The notes below the pieces were generated by a model, which saw only the letters and a program-made list of their open reading frames with translations, had not been told where the DNA came from and searched no databases. A stretch of DNA of 64,000 bases, from positions 8,205-72,204 of the forward strand of contig JAHIMR010000065.1 of assembly GCA_018896525.1 (NCBI GenBank), written 5' to 3'. Of this stretch, positions 51,058 through 61,785 are shown piece by piece. The position numbers and the translations under genes are program-made. Each line of letters opens with the position of its first letter. Position 1 is the stretch's first letter. The stretch comes from Actinomycetota bacterium. Lineage in GTDB: Bacteria; Actinomycetota; Geothermincolia; Fen-727; Anoxymicrobiaceae.

Positions 51058-51174
51058 CTACTTACCCTGCCGCTGCTTGTGGCGGGGGTTGCTGCATATG
51101 ACCATGACCCTGCCGTTCCTGCGGATCAACTTGCACTTATCACACATTTTCTTTACCGATGGCCTTACTTTCAT
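51058..51174 (-). CDS. rpmJ: 50S ribosomal protein L36
   Basis: Manual translation: [38 protein letters not shown] (38 aa; below the ORF-track cutoff). Confidence 0.85.
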   Translation of the reverse strand: MKVRPSVKKMCDKCKLIRRNGRVMVICSNPRHKQRQGK

Positions 51175-51201
51175 CTCTGCTCCTCCGAACCGACTAATCC
51201 T

Positions 51202-51420
51202 CTACTTATACCGGTAGGTTATCCTCCCCCGCGACAGGTCGTAAGGGGAAAGTTCGACCGTGACCTTATCACCGGGAAGAATTCGTATGTAATGCATGCG
51301 CATCTTCCCCGATATGTGCGCCAGGACCCTGTGGCCGTTTTCAAGTTCCACCCTGAACATGGCGTTTGGCAACGGCTCCAACACTGTGCCCTCAACCTCT
51401 ATGGCTTCCTCTTTTGCTAC
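51202..51420 (-). CDS. infA: translation initiation factor IF-1
   Basis: [40 protein letters not shown]. Likely non-ATG start (GTG/TTG) near 51420-51423. The ORF-track 5' extension is doubtful. Confidence 0.85.
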   Translation of the reverse strand, partial: VAKEEAIEVEGTVLEPLPNAMFRVELENGHRVLAHISGKMRMHYIRILPGDKVTVELSPYDLSRGRITYRYK

Positions 51421-51484
51421 CAAACCTCCGTGTTCCTCCTTGATGACGCACAAATGAACATAATACCTCAGGCGGACTCTTTTA

Positions 51485-52273
51485 TCAAAGCGAGCCGCTT
51501 AACCCTTCCGCGGCGGTCAGAACATCCGGGCCGCTCTCGGTGATCGCGATTGTGTGCTCGAAGTGGGCGGAGAGGTCCCCGTCCCTGGTACACACCCGCC
51601 AGTAGTCAGGCGAAGCCTCTACCTCCCATGTTCCCGCGTTCACCATCGGCTCAACAGCCAGCACCATCCCCGGCTTCAACACCGGCCCCTTCCCCGGCTC
51701 GCCGTAGTTGGGAATCGGCGGGTCCTCGTGCATGCTGGTCCCAATACCGTGTCCGACGAACCTCCTTACGACCGAATACCCCTCGGACTCGGCCAACTCC
51801 TGAACCGCGTGCGATATATCGGAGAGGTGGTTTCCCGGCCTGCACACCCGTATCCCCGCCTCCAGGGCACGCCTGGTCGCATCGGCAAGCAACCGCGCCT
51901 CGATGTTTCCATCCCCGATCACGACGGTTATCGCCGCGTCCCCGAAGTATCCATCCACCTGGGCCCCGGTGTCCACGCTCAGCAGGTCCCCTTCCTCCAG
52001 CGGCCGCCCGTCCGGAATGCCGTGTACGACCTCAGAGTTCACCGAAGTGCACAGCGTGGCGGGGAAAGGGCCACATCTAATGAAATCCGGCTGGTAATGC
52101 TTGAACGCCGGGATACCGCCACCATTCCTTATTCTCTCCTCCGCGCGCTCATCCAGCTCCTCCGTGGTAACCCCCGCCACGGCGGCGTCGGCCACCGCCG
52201 CCAGGACATCAGCCACCAGCCGGCCCGCCACACGCATCTTCTCTATCTCCCGGCGGGATTTCAAGACGATCAT
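51485..52273 (-). CDS. map: type I methionine aminopeptidase
   Basis: 262 aa with metal-binding D/D/H/E/E pattern. Confidence 0.85.
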   Translation of the reverse strand: MIVLKSRREIEKMRVAGRLVADVLAAVADAAVAGVTTEELDERAEERIRNGGGIPAFKHYQPDFIRCGPFPATLCTSVNSEVVHGIPDGRPLEEGDLLSVDTGAQVDGYFGDAAITVVIGDGNIEARLLADATRRALEAGIRVCRPGNHLSDISHAVQELAESEGYSVVRRFVGHGIGTSMHEDPPIPNYGEPGKGPVLKPGMVLAVEPMVNAGTWEVEASPDYWRVCTRDGDLSAHFEHTIAITESGPDVLTAAEGLSGSL

Positions 52274-52935
52274 TCGCCCTCCCGCCCCGTTGCCGCGTCG
52301 ATCGCGCTCATTATCTCGGCCGAGACCTCGTCGGGACTCCCCGACCCGTCCACCAAGGCCAGCTTTCCCGACGATCGATAGTACTCTATCAACGGCTCGG
52401 TGCTGCCGGTGTAGACCTCCAACCGGTTTCGAACTGTTTTCTCATTGTCGTCATCGCGCTGGTATAGCTCTCCCTCGCAGGCGTCACACATCCCCCGTCG
52501 AGACGGAGGGTTGAAGCTCACGTGGTAGTTGGCCCCGCAACTCCCGCATACGCGCCTTCCGGTGAGTCGCCGGATGAGTTCCTCGGGGTCGACCGCGATG
52601 TTAACGACCACGTCGATCTCGTCGCCGCCCGACGCCAGGTATCGGTCCAGTGCCTCGGCCTGGTGTTTGTTGCGAGGGAACCCGTCCAGGATGAAACCGC
52701 CCCCGCAGTCAGCGTCGCCGAGCCTGATGGTGACGATGCCTTCCACGATCTCGTCCGGCACCAGTTCCCCGGTGTCCATGAACCGCTTGGCCTTCAGACC
52801 CATGGGGGTCCCTTCGGCCAGGGCGGCCCTGAAGATGTCTCCGGTGGCGACCTGGGGGAGGTCATACCTCGCGGATATTCTTTCGGCCTGAGTTCCTTTT
52901 CCGGCCCCGGGGGGGCCCAGCAGCACGATGTTCAC
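52270..52935 (-). CDS. adk: adenylate kinase (zinc-lid type)
   Basis: 221 aa. GPPGAGKGTQA P-loop and CGSCG...CDAC lid. Confidence 0.9.
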   Translation of the reverse strand: MNIVLLGPPGAGKGTQAERISARYDLPQVATGDIFRAALAEGTPMGLKAKRFMDTGELVPDEIVEGIVTIRLGDADCGGGFILDGFPRNKHQAEALDRYLASGGDEIDVVVNIAVDPEELIRRLTGRRVCGSCGANYHVSFNPPSRRGMCDACEGELYQRDDDNEKTVRNRLEVYTGSTEPLIEYYRSSGKLALVDGSGSPDEVSAEIMSAIDAATGREGE

Positions 52936-52951
52936 TTTAGTCTGGTTCTCC

Positions 52952-54220
52952 TCACTTGCTCAAGAATCCCTCGTAATGCCTCATCTGCATCTGCGACTCT
53001 ATCTGTCTCATGGTTTCCAGTGCCACCCCGACGATGATCAGGATGGCAGCGCCGCCTATCGGCACCTGCGCGGTGCCGAACTGGACGAACATAATCGCCG
53101 GTATCAGGGCGATGACAGCCAGGTATATGGAACCCGGCAGGTTTATACGGTTAACCACCTTTGCTATGTAGTTAGTGGTAGGCATACCCGGTCTGATGCC
53201 GGGTATGAACCCTCCATACTTCTTCAGGTTATCCGCCAGTTCGAACGGGTCGAAGATTATCGCGGTATAGAAGTAGGCGAAGAAGATAATAAGGCCGGTG
53301 TAGGTCACGAAGTACAGTATCGACCCCTCGGAGAAATTGCTGGCGAAACCCTCCAGCGAAGGAAAGAAGTTCGCCAGTATCATCGGGAAGAAGATGACCG
53401 AAGCGGCGAATATTATTGGAATAACGCCGGCGGTGTTCACCTTCACCGGGATGTAGGTGCTGGCTCCCGCGTACATCTTGCGTCCCCTGATCTGCTTCGC
53501 GTACTGCACCGGAATCCTTCTTTCACCCTGCTCGATATACACCACCCCCGCGATGATACCCAGGCCCAGCGCCGCCAGGAGCACCACCCATATTGGATTC
53601 TGGTAATACGCGGCCCTTACCAGGTTGGCCCCCTCGGTGGGCATCGTCGCTATGATGCTCACGAATATCAGGATTGACATCCCGTTCCCGACCCCCCGCT
53701 CGGTGATAAGCTCCCCCAACCACATAAGGAGGGCCATACCGGCGACCATGGTCATTATCACCAGCCCCCCGGACCACACGGTGAGGTCCGGAAAGATGTT
53801 CAGTTCCTTGTTGGCGCTGAAAGATATCAGGAGGCCGGTCGATTCCATCAGGGCCAGCGCCAGAGTCATGTAGCGCGCCACCATGGTGATCTTGCGGCGC
53901 CCCTCCTCGCCCTGCTCGTGCCACTCCTTTATCTTCGGAAGCACCGCCGAGAGCAGTTCCATGATAATCTCGGCGGTGATGTACGGCATTATCCCCAGCC
54001 CGAATACCGCCATCCTCGAAAGCCCTCCACCGGTGAATATATTGAGGAACTTGAGCATCCCGCTGCCCGTCATCTGCTGCCCAAGGGCTTCCAGGTTGAC
54101 CCCCGGCGACGGGATAAAACAGCCGACACGGTATATCGCCAGGATCAAGAATGTGAAGAGTATCTTGTTCCTCAGGTCCGGAATCTTAAACGCGTCACGA
54201 AACCCGGAGAGAATCCTCAA
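52952..54220 (-). CDS. secY: preprotein translocase SecY
   Basis: 422 aa, 10 TM helices, conserved GIMPYIT-like segments. Confidence 0.9.
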   Translation of the reverse strand: MRILSGFRDAFKIPDLRNKILFTFLILAIYRVGCFIPSPGVNLEALGQQMTGSGMLKFLNIFTGGGLSRMAVFGLGIMPYITAEIIMELLSAVLPKIKEWHEQGEEGRRKITMVARYMTLALALMESTGLLISFSANKELNIFPDLTVWSGGLVIMTMVAGMALLMWLGELITERGVGNGMSILIFVSIIATMPTEGANLVRAAYYQNPIWVVLLAALGLGIIAGVVYIEQGERRIPVQYAKQIRGRKMYAGASTYIPVKVNTAGVIPIIFAASVIFFPMILANFFPSLEGFASNFSEGSILYFVTYTGLIIFFAYFYTAIIFDPFELADNLKKYGGFIPGIRPGMPTTNYIAKVVNRINLPGSIYLAVIALIPAIMFVQFGTAQVPIGGAAILIIVGVALETMRQIESQMQMRHYEGFLSK

Positions 54221-54684
54221 GGAGAAACCACCTCTGCCTTTCCGCCGGCGGCTTCTATCTTCTCGCGCGCGCTCCGGGAAAACGCGTGCGCCTTGACGGT
54301 AAGGCTGGTGTTCAGCTCTCCGCTCCCCAGTATCTTTACCCTGCCGCGCTCCTTCTTGACGAGTCCCGCTTCCGCCAGGGCGACGGGATCCACCACATCG
54401 TCAGTGGTGAACCTGTCCAACTGGTGCACGTTCACCAGCGCGTAGACGGTGCGCTTCCTCGGGGTGAACCCCCCCAGCTTGGGGATCCGTCGCACCAGGG
54501 GCATCTGCCCGCCCTCGAAACCCGGCTTCCTGCGGGATCCCGAGCGAGCCCTCTGTCCCTTGTGTCCGCGGCCGGAGGTCCCGCCCCCGCCGGCACCGTG
54601 TCCCCTGCCCACCCGCTTGCGCGCCTTTCGCGAGTCCGGTGCGGGTTTCAGATTATGTAGCCTGATCTCCTCTTTGCTCTCCAT
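54217..54684 (-). CDS. rplO: 50S ribosomal protein L15
   Basis: 155 aa, Gly/Arg-rich N-terminus. Confidence 0.85.
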   Translation of the reverse strand: MESKEEIRLHNLKPAPDSRKARKRVGRGHGAGGGGTSGRGHKGQRARSGSRRKPGFEGGQMPLVRRIPKLGGFTPRKRTVYALVNVHQLDRFTTDDVVDPVALAEAGLVKKERGRVKILGSGELNTSLTVKAHAFSRSAREKIEAAGGKAEVVSP

Positions 54685-54751
54685 CTACCGTTCTTCCTGT
54701 TCCCTAGTATTCTTGCTCCGCTTACTCCAGGACCGGGGCTGAAGTCCCGGC

Positions 54752-54988
54752 TCAAGGTGGGGGTTTTTCCTGTTCTCCGGATTCCTTGCCCCGCCCGCCG
54801 GAATCCGCTATCTCCTCAACGTCCACCAGGTGCTTGACCTTGAACACCATTCCCCTTGTCTCGGGAACGTCCTTTTTCTCCACCGACTGCCCGATCCTTC
54901 TCAGCCCCAGCGCCCTAATGGTCCCTTTCTGATCCGGCGGACACCCGATCATTCCCTTTCTAAGGGTAACCTTAAGTCTCGAGCTCAT
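54752..54988 (-). CDS. rpmD: 50S ribosomal protein L30 (with short C-terminal extension)
   Basis: [32 protein letters not shown]. Confidence 0.8.
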   Translation of the reverse strand: MSSRLKVTLRKGMIGCPPDQKGTIRALGLRRIGQSVEKKDVPETRGMVFKVKHLVDVEEIADSGGRGKESGEQEKPPP

Positions 54989-55502
54989 CGAAGACGCTCC
55001 TCCCCGTGACCTCGTCCACTCGCTTTCCCCGGACCCATGCCACCTCGCGGGCGCTACGGAGGGATCTAAGCCCGTTGACCGTTGCCTTTATGACGTTCAG
55101 GGAGTTATCGGACCCGAGGCTCTTTGTGAGTATGTCCTTCACCCCGGCAAGTTCCAGGACCGGCCGCACCGCACCACCGGCGATGAGACCGGTACCGGGG
55201 GCCGCGGGCTTCAGCATGACCCGCGCCGCGCCGAACTTGCCTAATACCTGGTGAGGTATCGTGCTCTCGACCATGGGTATCTCAAAAAGGCTGTTCTTTG
55301 CCCTCTGGACACCCTTCTCGATGGCCAGGGGAACCTCTCGTGCCTTTCCGTAACCGACGCCCACCCTGCCCCGGCCGTTTCCCACGACCACCAGGGCGGT
55401 AAACGAAAACCTGCGCCCGCCCTTTACCACCTTGGCTACCCGGTTTATGTGAACAACCTGCTCCTCGAGTTCTTCGGCCTCAAATGACTCCCGCTTGTCC
55501 AT
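54972..55502 (-). CDS. rpsE: 30S ribosomal protein S5
   Basis: 176 aa. [26 protein letters not shown]. Confidence 0.9.
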   Translation of the reverse strand: MDKRESFEAEELEEQVVHINRVAKVVKGGRRFSFTALVVVGNGRGRVGVGYGKAREVPLAIEKGVQRAKNSLFEIPMVESTIPHQVLGKFGAARVMLKPAAPGTGLIAGGAVRPVLELAGVKDILTKSLGSDNSLNVIKATVNGLRSLRSAREVAWVRGKRVDEVTGRSVFDELET

Positions 55503-55510
55503 ACCACCTC

Positions 55511-55880
55511 CTAGAATATAAGCCCGTTCTCCCTGGCGGACTCGGCAAGCGCCTTGACCCGCCCATGATACTTGTAACCGCCCCGGTCAAAGACGACCCG
55601 CTGGATCCCGTTCTCTTTCGCCCTCCCGGCAATCATTTCGCCAAGGCGTCTGGCCTCCTCGGTCTTGGATGCTCGCCCTGAGTCCCGGAACCCCTTCTCG
55701 CCGGTGGATGCGGCCGCCAGAGTGACCCCCCGCTCGTCGTCTATCACCTGACAGTACATGTTCCTGTTGCCCCGAAACACCGAGAGCCGGGGTTTCGTGT
55801 CCGTACCATGGATTCTCTTTCTTATCCCTTTACGGCGACGGTCCCTGCCTGTCGTCTTCTTGTTGACAACGATCTTGCTC
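55511..55880 (-). CDS. rplR: 50S ribosomal protein L18
   Basis: GTG start at [24 protein letters not shown]... The ORF-track N-terminal extension to 56011 is unlikely. Confidence 0.8.
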
Positions 55881-56418
55881 ACTTTATCGCCTTTCCAACC
55901 TTCCTCCGCACGTACTCCCCGCGGTATCGGATGCCCTTGCCCTTGTAAGGGTCCGGCTTGCGCAGGCTCCGTATTTCGGCCGCCACCTGCCCCACGGCCT
56001 GCTTGTCGCACCCGCGCACCACCACCAGCGTGGGGTTCGGCACCTCGAACTCGATCCCTTGCGGCGCCGAAACCGGCTTGGTCGAAGAGTAGCCGAGTTG
56101 CAGCTCGAGGTTTCTGTTGTCTTTCATCGCGGCGCGGTAGCCGACACCGTGTATTTCCAGCACCTTCTCATAGCCGTCGGTAACACCCTTTACCATGTTG
56201 TATATAAGCGTGCGGAACAGCCCGTGCAACGCCCTGTCCCGGGGCTCGTCGCTTTCACGGGTGACCAGAAGCTTGTCCCCTTCCCGCTCCACGCTTATGC
56301 AATCGGGAACAACCCGCTCGAGCTCGCCCCTGGGGCCCTTCACCCGCACCGTTTTACCATCAACCGAAACGATGGCTGCTGCCGGTACTTCTATCGGCGT
56401 TTTTCCTACACGTGACAT
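55879..56418 (-). CDS. rplF: 50S ribosomal protein L6
   Basis: 179 aa. [12 protein letters not shown].. Confidence 0.9.
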   Translation of the reverse strand: MSRVGKTPIEVPAAAIVSVDGKTVRVKGPRGELERVVPDCISVEREGDKLLVTRESDEPRDRALHGLFRTLIYNMVKGVTDGYEKVLEIHGVGYRAAMKDNRNLELQLGYSSTKPVSAPQGIEFEVPNPTLVVVRGCDKQAVGQVAAEIRSLRKPDPYKGKGIRYRGEYVRRKVGKAIK

Positions 56419-56440
56419 GAGTCACTCCCCCTGCAAACCG

Positions 56441-56839
56441 CTACCACACGTAGCAGAGAACCTCTCCGCCGACGCCCTGCCGTCGTGCTTCCTTCTCGGT
56501 CATTACGCCCCTCGACGTGGAGATTATGGCTATTCCAAGCCCCCCCAGCACCCGGGGCATACCATCTTTCCTTGCGTACACCCTGAGGCCCGGGGTGCTT
56601 ATGCGCTTTATCCCCGATATCGCGAACTCCCGTCCCGGGCGGTACTTCAGGTGAACCACGATGGTGTCGAAGTTCCCCTTCTTTATTACCTCGTACTTCT
56701 TGATATAGCCCTCACGGTCAAGTATGCGGGCGATCGCCACCTTGGCATTGGAAGCCGAGACCTCCACGCTCTCCTTATGGGCTCCACCCGCGTTTCTGAC
56801 GCGTGTCAGCATATCCGCGATGGGATCGGTCATCGTCAT
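56441..56839 (-). CDS. rpsH: 30S ribosomal protein S8
   Basis: [17 protein letters not shown] start. Upstream ORF residues are a spurious extension. Start coordinate is +/-1 nt because the displayed numbering and ORF-track frame disagreed here. Confidence 0.85.
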   Translation of the reverse strand: MTMTDPIADMLTRVRNAGGAHKESVEVSASNAKVAIARILDREGYIKKYEVIKKGNFDTIVVHLKYRPGREFAISGIKRISTPGLRVYARKDGMPRVLGGLGIAIISTSRGVMTEKEARRQGVGGEVLCYVW

Positions 56840-56852
56840 CGAAATGCCCTCC

Positions 56853-57038
56853 TTACCAGCTTGACTTGGTAACACCGGGTAGCTCGCCGCGGTGGGCGAG
56901 TTCCCGGAGGCATATCCTGCACAACTGGAACTTGCGGTAGTATGCCCGGCTCCTCCCACAGCGCTTGCAGCGGTTGTACTGCCGGGTCGGATACTTCTGC
57001 TTCCTCTGTTGCCTTACAACTAGAGCCTTTCTCGCCAA
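56853..57038 (-). CDS. rpsN: 30S ribosomal protein S14, zinc-binding type Z
   Basis: 61 aa with CKRCGR...CRIC. Confidence 0.9.
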   Translation of the reverse strand: MARKALVVRQQRKQKYPTRQYNRCKRCGRSRAYYRKFQLCRICLRELAHRGELPGVTKSSW

Positions 57039-57054
57039 CTTTCCCTCCTGTTGG

Positions 57055-57630
57055 TCAATCCTGCTTGAACGGGAAACCCAGGGCTTCCAGCAGGGCTTCT
57101 CCCTCCCGGTCGGTCTTCGCGGTTGTCACCACACACACGTCCATTCCCCGGACCTTGTCTATCTCGTCGTAATCTATCTCCGGAAAAACAAGCTGTTCCT
57201 CGAGGCCCATGCTATAGTTGCCGTTGCCGTCGAACGACCTCCTGGACAGCCCCCTGAAGTCCCTGACCCGGGGCAAGCTGATAGAGAGCAGGCGATCCAG
57301 GAACTCGTACATCCTGTCACCGCGAAGAGTCACCTTGCACCCTACCGTCATACCCGCCCTGAGCTTGAAGCCGGCCACCGACTTCCGCGCCTTTATCAGC
57401 AGCGGCTTCTGTCCTGTTATCACGGCCAGGTCGGCGGCGGCGGAATCCACCGACTTTGAGGTGGTTGTCCCCTCCCCAACCCCCATGTTGACTACGATCT
57501 TGGTAAGGTGCGGCACCTCCAGGCTGTTTCCGTAGGAGAACTTTTCCATCAGCGCTGGAACGATCTCCTCATCGTACTCCCCCATCAGCCGCGGTATGTA
57601 CCTGTCATTTTCCTGGTTTTGACCTTCCAT
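57055..57630 (-). CDS. rplE: 50S ribosomal protein L5
   Basis: Start taken at [31 protein letters not shown]. The ORF-track start at 57717 lies inside the repeat element. Confidence 0.8.
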   Translation of the reverse strand: MEGQNQENDRYIPRLMGEYDEEIVPALMEKFSYGNSLEVPHLTKIVVNMGVGEGTTTSKSVDSAAADLAVITGQKPLLIKARKSVAGFKLRAGMTVGCKVTLRGDRMYEFLDRLLSISLPRVRDFRGLSRRSFDGNGNYSMGLEEQLVFPEIDYDEIDKVRGMDVCVVTTAKTDREGEALLEALGFPFKQD

Positions 57631-57639
57631 TCTTAGTAC

Positions 57640-57797
57640 CTCATTCCATAAATACGCTGGCATTCGAGCGCCGCTGCATCCACACCGGCTGCGTTCCGCT
57701 CCCTCGACGTACTCCAAGAGTACGACTCGGTCGCGCGCCTTGCCGGAGCGGCGCTTCGACGCTCTCGGTGCTTAACCATATCTATGGAAAGAGGCAC
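57640..57797. repeat. family-1 element (orientation A) between rplX and rplE
   Basis: CATTCCATAAATACG...CATATCTATGGAAAGAGGCACTTAA. The terminal TTA is the rplX stop codon. Confidence 0.8.
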
Positions 57798-58115
57798 TTA
57801 AAACTCCCGGTCGCAACTCTTGCATACCCTGATAATGGACTTCCCGCCGGTACGCAATCTCCTGACTCGCGTAGGTCTCTCGCAGCCCGAGCACACCAGC
57901 ATCACGTTGGAGATATCGATCGGCAGTTCCCAATCCACGACCCCGCCCTGGGGGTTCGCCTGGCTTGGGCGCATATGCTTCTTAGCCCTGTTTATCCCCT
58001 CCACCAACAGCCGCCTGGAGCCCGGGTCAACCTTCAAGACCTTCCCCCGCCTGCCTTTGTCTTTACCGGTCAGGACCTGGACCGTGTCGCCTTTCCTTAT
58101 ATGCATACTCTTCAT
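57798..58115 (-). CDS. rplX: 50S ribosomal protein L24
   Basis: 105 aa. MHIRKGDTVQVLTGKDKGRRGKV. Confidence 0.9.
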   Translation of the reverse strand: MKSMHIRKGDTVQVLTGKDKGRRGKVLKVDPGSRRLLVEGINRAKKHMRPSQANPQGGVVDWELPIDISNVMLVCSGCERPTRVRRLRTGGKSIIRVCKSCDREF

Positions 58116-58127
58116 GAGCCACTCACG

Positions 58128-58496
58128 TTAAAGCACCTCGGGGGACAACGAGATGATCTTCATAAACTTCTTCTGGCGTAACTCGCGAGCCACCGGCCCG
58201 AAGATCCTGGTTCCCCTCGGGTTCATCTGGTTGTCGATGAGAACCGCCGCGTTCTCGTCGAACTTGATGTAGGTGCCATCGGGACGTCTTTTCTCTTTCC
58301 TGGTCCGGACGATAACCGCTTTTACCACTTCGCCTTTCTTAACCGAGGAGCCGGGTATCGCTTCCTTGACCGTCGCCACGATGATATCCCCTACCGACGC
58401 GTAGCGGCGCCCGGAACCTCCAAGCACCCTGATGCAGAGTATCTGCCGGGCCCCGGTATTGTCTGCTACCTTTATCCTCGATTCCTGCTGAATCAT
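58128..58496 (-). CDS. rplN: 50S ribosomal protein L14
   Basis: 122 aa. [17 protein letters not shown]. Confidence 0.9.
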   Translation of the reverse strand: MIQQESRIKVADNTGARQILCIRVLGGSGRRYASVGDIIVATVKEAIPGSSVKKGEVVKAVIVRTRKEKRRPDGTYIKFDENAAVLIDNQMNPRGTRIFGPVARELRQKKFMKIISLSPEVL

Positions 58497-58558
58497 CTGT
58501 CCTCGCTCACGGCGCTACCGGCCGGGGTCAACCCCCGGCGGGGGCGCGGCCGGTTTTC

Positions 58559-58816
58559 CTACTTGGCCTTCTCCAGGATGGACACCATTCTCCAGTGCTT
58601 GGTGCGTGACAGTGGTCTGGTTTCCATTACCCTGACAAGATCGCCAACCCCACACTGATTCTCTTCGTCGTGCGCGTATAGCTTGGTCGTCCGCTTCATG
58701 GTCTTACCGTACAGCGGGTGCCTAACCATTGACTGGACCGCCACGACGATGCTCTTGTCCATGGCGTCGGATACGACCCTTCCAACCCTTACTTTTCGCG
58801 ACGGCCTTTTCGCCAT
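58559..58816 (-). CDS. rpsQ: 30S ribosomal protein S17
   Basis: 85 aa. [16 protein letters not shown]. Confidence 0.85.
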   Translation of the reverse strand: MAKRPSRKVRVGRVVSDAMDKSIVVAVQSMVRHPLYGKTMKRTTKLYAHDEENQCGVGDLVRVMETRPLSRTKHWRMVSILEKAK

Positions 58817-58825
58817 GTCTACCGC

Positions 58826-59245
58826 CTAAACTTCCTCTGGCTCTTGCTCGACCTCTTCACCGGGCTCTTGCTCTTGCTCGACCTCTTCACCGGGCTCTGG
58901 CTCTTGCTCCTGCTCTTCACCGGGCTCACCAACCGCCTGCCGGAGATCCGGCGCTGACCTCTCCAACTCCTCCCCGGCTTCTGCCGGCTCCTCCCGAATG
59001 GGGCCTACAGGGCCGGCCAGGGCCTCCTCGAATGCCTCGGGATGTATCGCATACTCCCTCTCGGTTATCACCGTGCAGACCCGGGCAATATCCCGACGCA
59101 TATCCTTTATCTTCATCGGGTTATTGAGCTGCCCGGTCGCGTGCTGAAAACGCAGGTTGAAAAGCGTCTCCTTGAGTTCCCGGAGCTTATCGTTCAGCTC
59201 CTCTGAGTCCATCGTCCTGAGCTCTCTCACCTTAGACATTAACAA
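58826..59245 (-). CDS. rpmC: 50S ribosomal protein L29 with roughly 70-aa acidic repeat-containing C-terminal extension
   Basis: N-terminal L29 domain (ELRTMDSEELNDKLRELKETLFNLRFQ). Tail EPGEEVEQEQEPGEEVEQE is encoded by nucleotide tandem repeats at about 58850-58925. Confidence 0.8.
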   Translation of the reverse strand: MLMSKVRELRTMDSEELNDKLRELKETLFNLRFQHATGQLNNPMKIKDMRRDIARVCTVITEREYAIHPEAFEEALAGPVGPIREEPAEAGEELERSAPDLRQAVGEPGEEQEQEPEPGEEVEQEQEPGEEVEQEPEEV

Positions 59246-59262
59246 CCCCCGCTCGAAAACCG

Positions 59263-59685
59263 TTACTCATGCCTGGTTATAAAACGGCACTTGATCGGTA
59301 GCTTATGTGCAGCCAGCCTCATTGCCTCCCTGGCCACCGGCTCGCTGACTCCCCCCAGTTCAAACATGACCTTCCCGGGCTTCACCGGAACCACCCAGAA
59401 CTCCGGGTTGCCCTTCCCGCTGCCCATCCTGGTCTCGGCCGGCTTCTTTGATATCGGCTTGTAGGGAAAGATATTTATCCAGACCTTTCCGCTTCTCTTT
59501 ATATAGCGTGTCATCGCCACCCTTGCCGCCTCTATCTGCCTGGCGGTAATCCAGTGGGGCTCCAGGGCTTGCAGGCCATAATCCCCGAAGTGAACGGAGG
59601 TCCCCCCCTTGGCCTTTCCCTTGAGGCGACCCCTCTGCACTTTTCTGTGTGGCGGCTTTCTGGGTTGAAGCACCTCTCTACTCAC
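59263..59685 (-). CDS. rplP: 50S ribosomal protein L16
   Basis: 140 aa. Confidence 0.9.
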   Translation of the reverse strand: MSREVLQPRKPPHRKVQRGRLKGKAKGGTSVHFGDYGLQALEPHWITARQIEAARVAMTRYIKRSGKVWINIFPYKPISKKPAETRMGSGKGNPEFWVVPVKPGKVMFELGGVSEPVAREAMRLAAHKLPIKCRFITRHE

Positions 59686-60631
59686 CCCCGGACTCTTCTA
59701 CCGCCGTGCTCTCCGGCTCCACCGGCACGGCAGCGTCCCTCTCCTCGGTGGCCTTCCCGGCCTCAGGGGCCTCCGGCGCCCCGGCGGATTCCGCCGCTAC
59801 GGCCGCTTCCGGCTTCTCTTCCGTCTCGGGAGCCGCGGCTTCCGGCTTCTTCGTCTCGGCCATTGGAGCAGGAGCCTTCGCCTTCCGCTTCTCGTTAACT
59901 GCCCGCTCCCCCGAAGTTCTACTATCCTCCCAACGCCTTCCGGCCCGGTTCTTCGATGAGCGTGCCGAGCCAAGCGACGACGGCATCAGGCGGTCCTCGC
60001 CCGGCTTCCCTGTTATATCGCCCTTGTAGATCCACACCTTGACCCCGATGCGCCCGTAGGAAGTCTTCGACTCGACGAACCCGTAATCAACATCGGCACG
60101 GAGCGTCTGCAGCGGCACTCGGCCCTCCCTGTACCACTCGCGGCGCGCCATCTCGGCTCCGCCAAGCCGACCGCTGCACTGCACCTTGATGCCCAGAGCT
60201 CCCAGGCGCATGGTGTTTCCCATCGCCTTCTTCATCGCTCTCCTGAACGAAACCCTGCCCGAGATCTGTTCGGCAATATTTCTCGCAACCAGCACCGCGT
60301 CGAGATCGGGAACCGGAACCTCAAGTATGTTTATGGAAACATCGTGGCCGAACATATTCGTGAGGTCGTCCCTGATCTTGTCCACCTCGCTGCCCTTTCG
60401 CCCGATTACCATGCCCGGGCGAGCAGTGTGGACATCAATGCTGACCACTTTGGCCTTGCGTTCGATCTCCACCCGGGAAACCGCCGCGTTGGAGAGCCGG
60501 TCGGCCAGGAACTCCCGTATCTTGATATCCTCCTGGAGGAGCTCGGCGTACTCCCGATCGGCAATCCAGCGTGATTTCCAGTTCCTTATTACTCCCAGCC
60601 TGAACCCGTAGGGGTGAATTTTTTGACCCAC
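59678..60631 (-). CDS. rpsC: 30S ribosomal protein S3 with roughly 100-aa Ala/Glu/Pro-rich C-terminal extension
   Basis: GTG start at [13 protein letters not shown]. The ORF-track 5' part (Arg-rich) is the out-of-frame rplV tail region. Confidence 0.8.
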   Translation of the reverse strand: MGQKIHPYGFRLGVIRNWKSRWIADREYAELLQEDIKIREFLADRLSNAAVSRVEIERKAKVVSIDVHTARPGMVIGRKGSEVDKIRDDLTNMFGHDVSINILEVPVPDLDAVLVARNIAEQISGRVSFRRAMKKAMGNTMRLGALGIKVQCSGRLGGAEMARREWYREGRVPLQTLRADVDYGFVESKTSYGRIGVKVWIYKGDITGKPGEDRLMPSSLGSARSSKNRAGRRWEDSRTSGERAVNEKRKAKAPAPMAETKKPEAAAPETEEKPEAAVAAESAGAPEAPEAGKATEERDAAVPVEPESTAVEESGGE

Positions 60632-60632
60632 G

Positions 60633-61283
60633 TCAACTCTCGCCTTTCTCCGTGTCCGTTTCGTTCCCGCCGCCGCCACTCTCTTCCGCCTGCTTCCGGC
60701 TGTCGTCATCCGTCGCCTTCTTCGGGGCCACCTTCTTTGCTGCCGCCTTCTTCTTCGGGGCCGCCTTCTTTGCTGCCGCCTTCTTCTTCGGGGCCGCCTT
60801 CTTTGCTGCCGCCTTGCGCTCCTTCTCGCCCTCCGCCTGCTCCTCGAGCTTCTCCTCTTTGGCCTCGCCCTCTTCTGCCTTTTTCGCCTTTTCCTCCAAG
60901 GCATCGGGCTTTCTTCTCCGGAAACGGCGCTTTCTTTTCGGAGCCGACACCTTTTCCTCCAGGATTATGGTTATATGGCTCGTCCTCTTGTTGATGCGTG
61001 TTGCTCTGCCCATCGCCCTTGGCCTGAACCTCTTCAAGGTCGGCCCCTCATCCACGTACACCGTGGCCACGAACAAATCGTCGGGGTTCATCTTCGCGTT
61101 GTTCTCGGCGTTGGCCGCCGCCGAATCCAGCACCTTGGCCACCACCCGGGCGGCGGCCCTCGGTGTATACTCAAGGATCTGCTGCGCCTTCGCCAGGTCT
61201 TTTCCCCTTATGAGATCGACAACCAGCCGTGCCTTTCTCGGGCTTACCCTGATAAACCTGGCTACCGCTTTGCTACCTTCCAC
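60633..61283 (-). CDS. rplV: 50S ribosomal protein L22 with Lys/Ala-rich (histone H1-like) C-terminal extension
   Basis: 216 aa. L22 core then [15 protein letters not shown] repeats. Confidence 0.85.
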   Translation of the reverse strand: MEGSKAVARFIRVSPRKARLVVDLIRGKDLAKAQQILEYTPRAAARVVAKVLDSAAANAENNAKMNPDDLFVATVYVDEGPTLKRFRPRAMGRATRINKRTSHITIILEEKVSAPKRKRRFRRRKPDALEEKAKKAEEGEAKEEKLEEQAEGEKERKAAAKKAAPKKKAAAKKAAPKKKAAAKKVAPKKATDDDSRKQAEESGGGGNETDTEKGES

Positions 61284-61302
61284 CTAGATTCAGCCTCCTG
61301 GC

Positions 61303-61593
61303 CTACTTGAGCCGTACACGCTTCTCCTTGGTCAGCTTGCCCCCATGACCACGGAATATCCGTGTGGGAGCAAACTCTCCAAGCTTATGTCCTACCATGT
61401 TTTCGGTGATGTAAACCGGTACGTGCCTCCTGCCGTCGTGAACCGCGATGGTATGCCCGACCATCTCCGGGAAGATAGTGGAGCTGCGCGACCACGTCTT
61501 GAGAAGAGTCTTCTCGTTACGGCGGTTCATATCAATTATCCGCGTCAGAATCTTCTCATCCACGTACGGGCCTTTCTTAAGTGAACGGGACAA
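61303..61593 (-). CDS. rpsS: 30S ribosomal protein S19
   Basis: 96 aa. [16 protein letters not shown]. Confidence 0.9.
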   Translation of the reverse strand: MSRSLKKGPYVDEKILTRIIDMNRRNEKTLLKTWSRSSTIFPEMVGHTIAVHDGRRHVPVYITENMVGHKLGEFAPTRIFRGHGGKLTKEKRVRLK

Positions 61594-61609
61594 CTCATCC
61601 TCCCTTTGA

Positions 61610-61785
61610 ACCCCGGGCTACTATGTACCCCGCTCCATAAATACGCTGGCATTCGAGCGCCGCTGCATCCACTCCGGCCGCGTTCCGCTCCCTCGACGTA
61701 CTACAAGAGTATGACTCGGTCGCGCGCCTTGCCGGAGCGGCGCGGAGGCGCTCTCGGTGCTTAACCGTACTTATAGAACGGGGCA
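61610..61785. repeat. family-1 element (orientation A) between rplB and rpsS
   Basis: Ends ...GAACGGGGCACTA. The terminal CTA is the rplB stop codon. Confidence 0.8.

Noticed and set aside
59678-60904. Arg-rich 90-aa N-terminal region of the rpsC ORF as a real extension
   Set aside because: It is the alternate frame of the Lys/Ala-rich rplV tail. The S3 homology begins at the GTG ([13 protein letters not shown]) at 60631.
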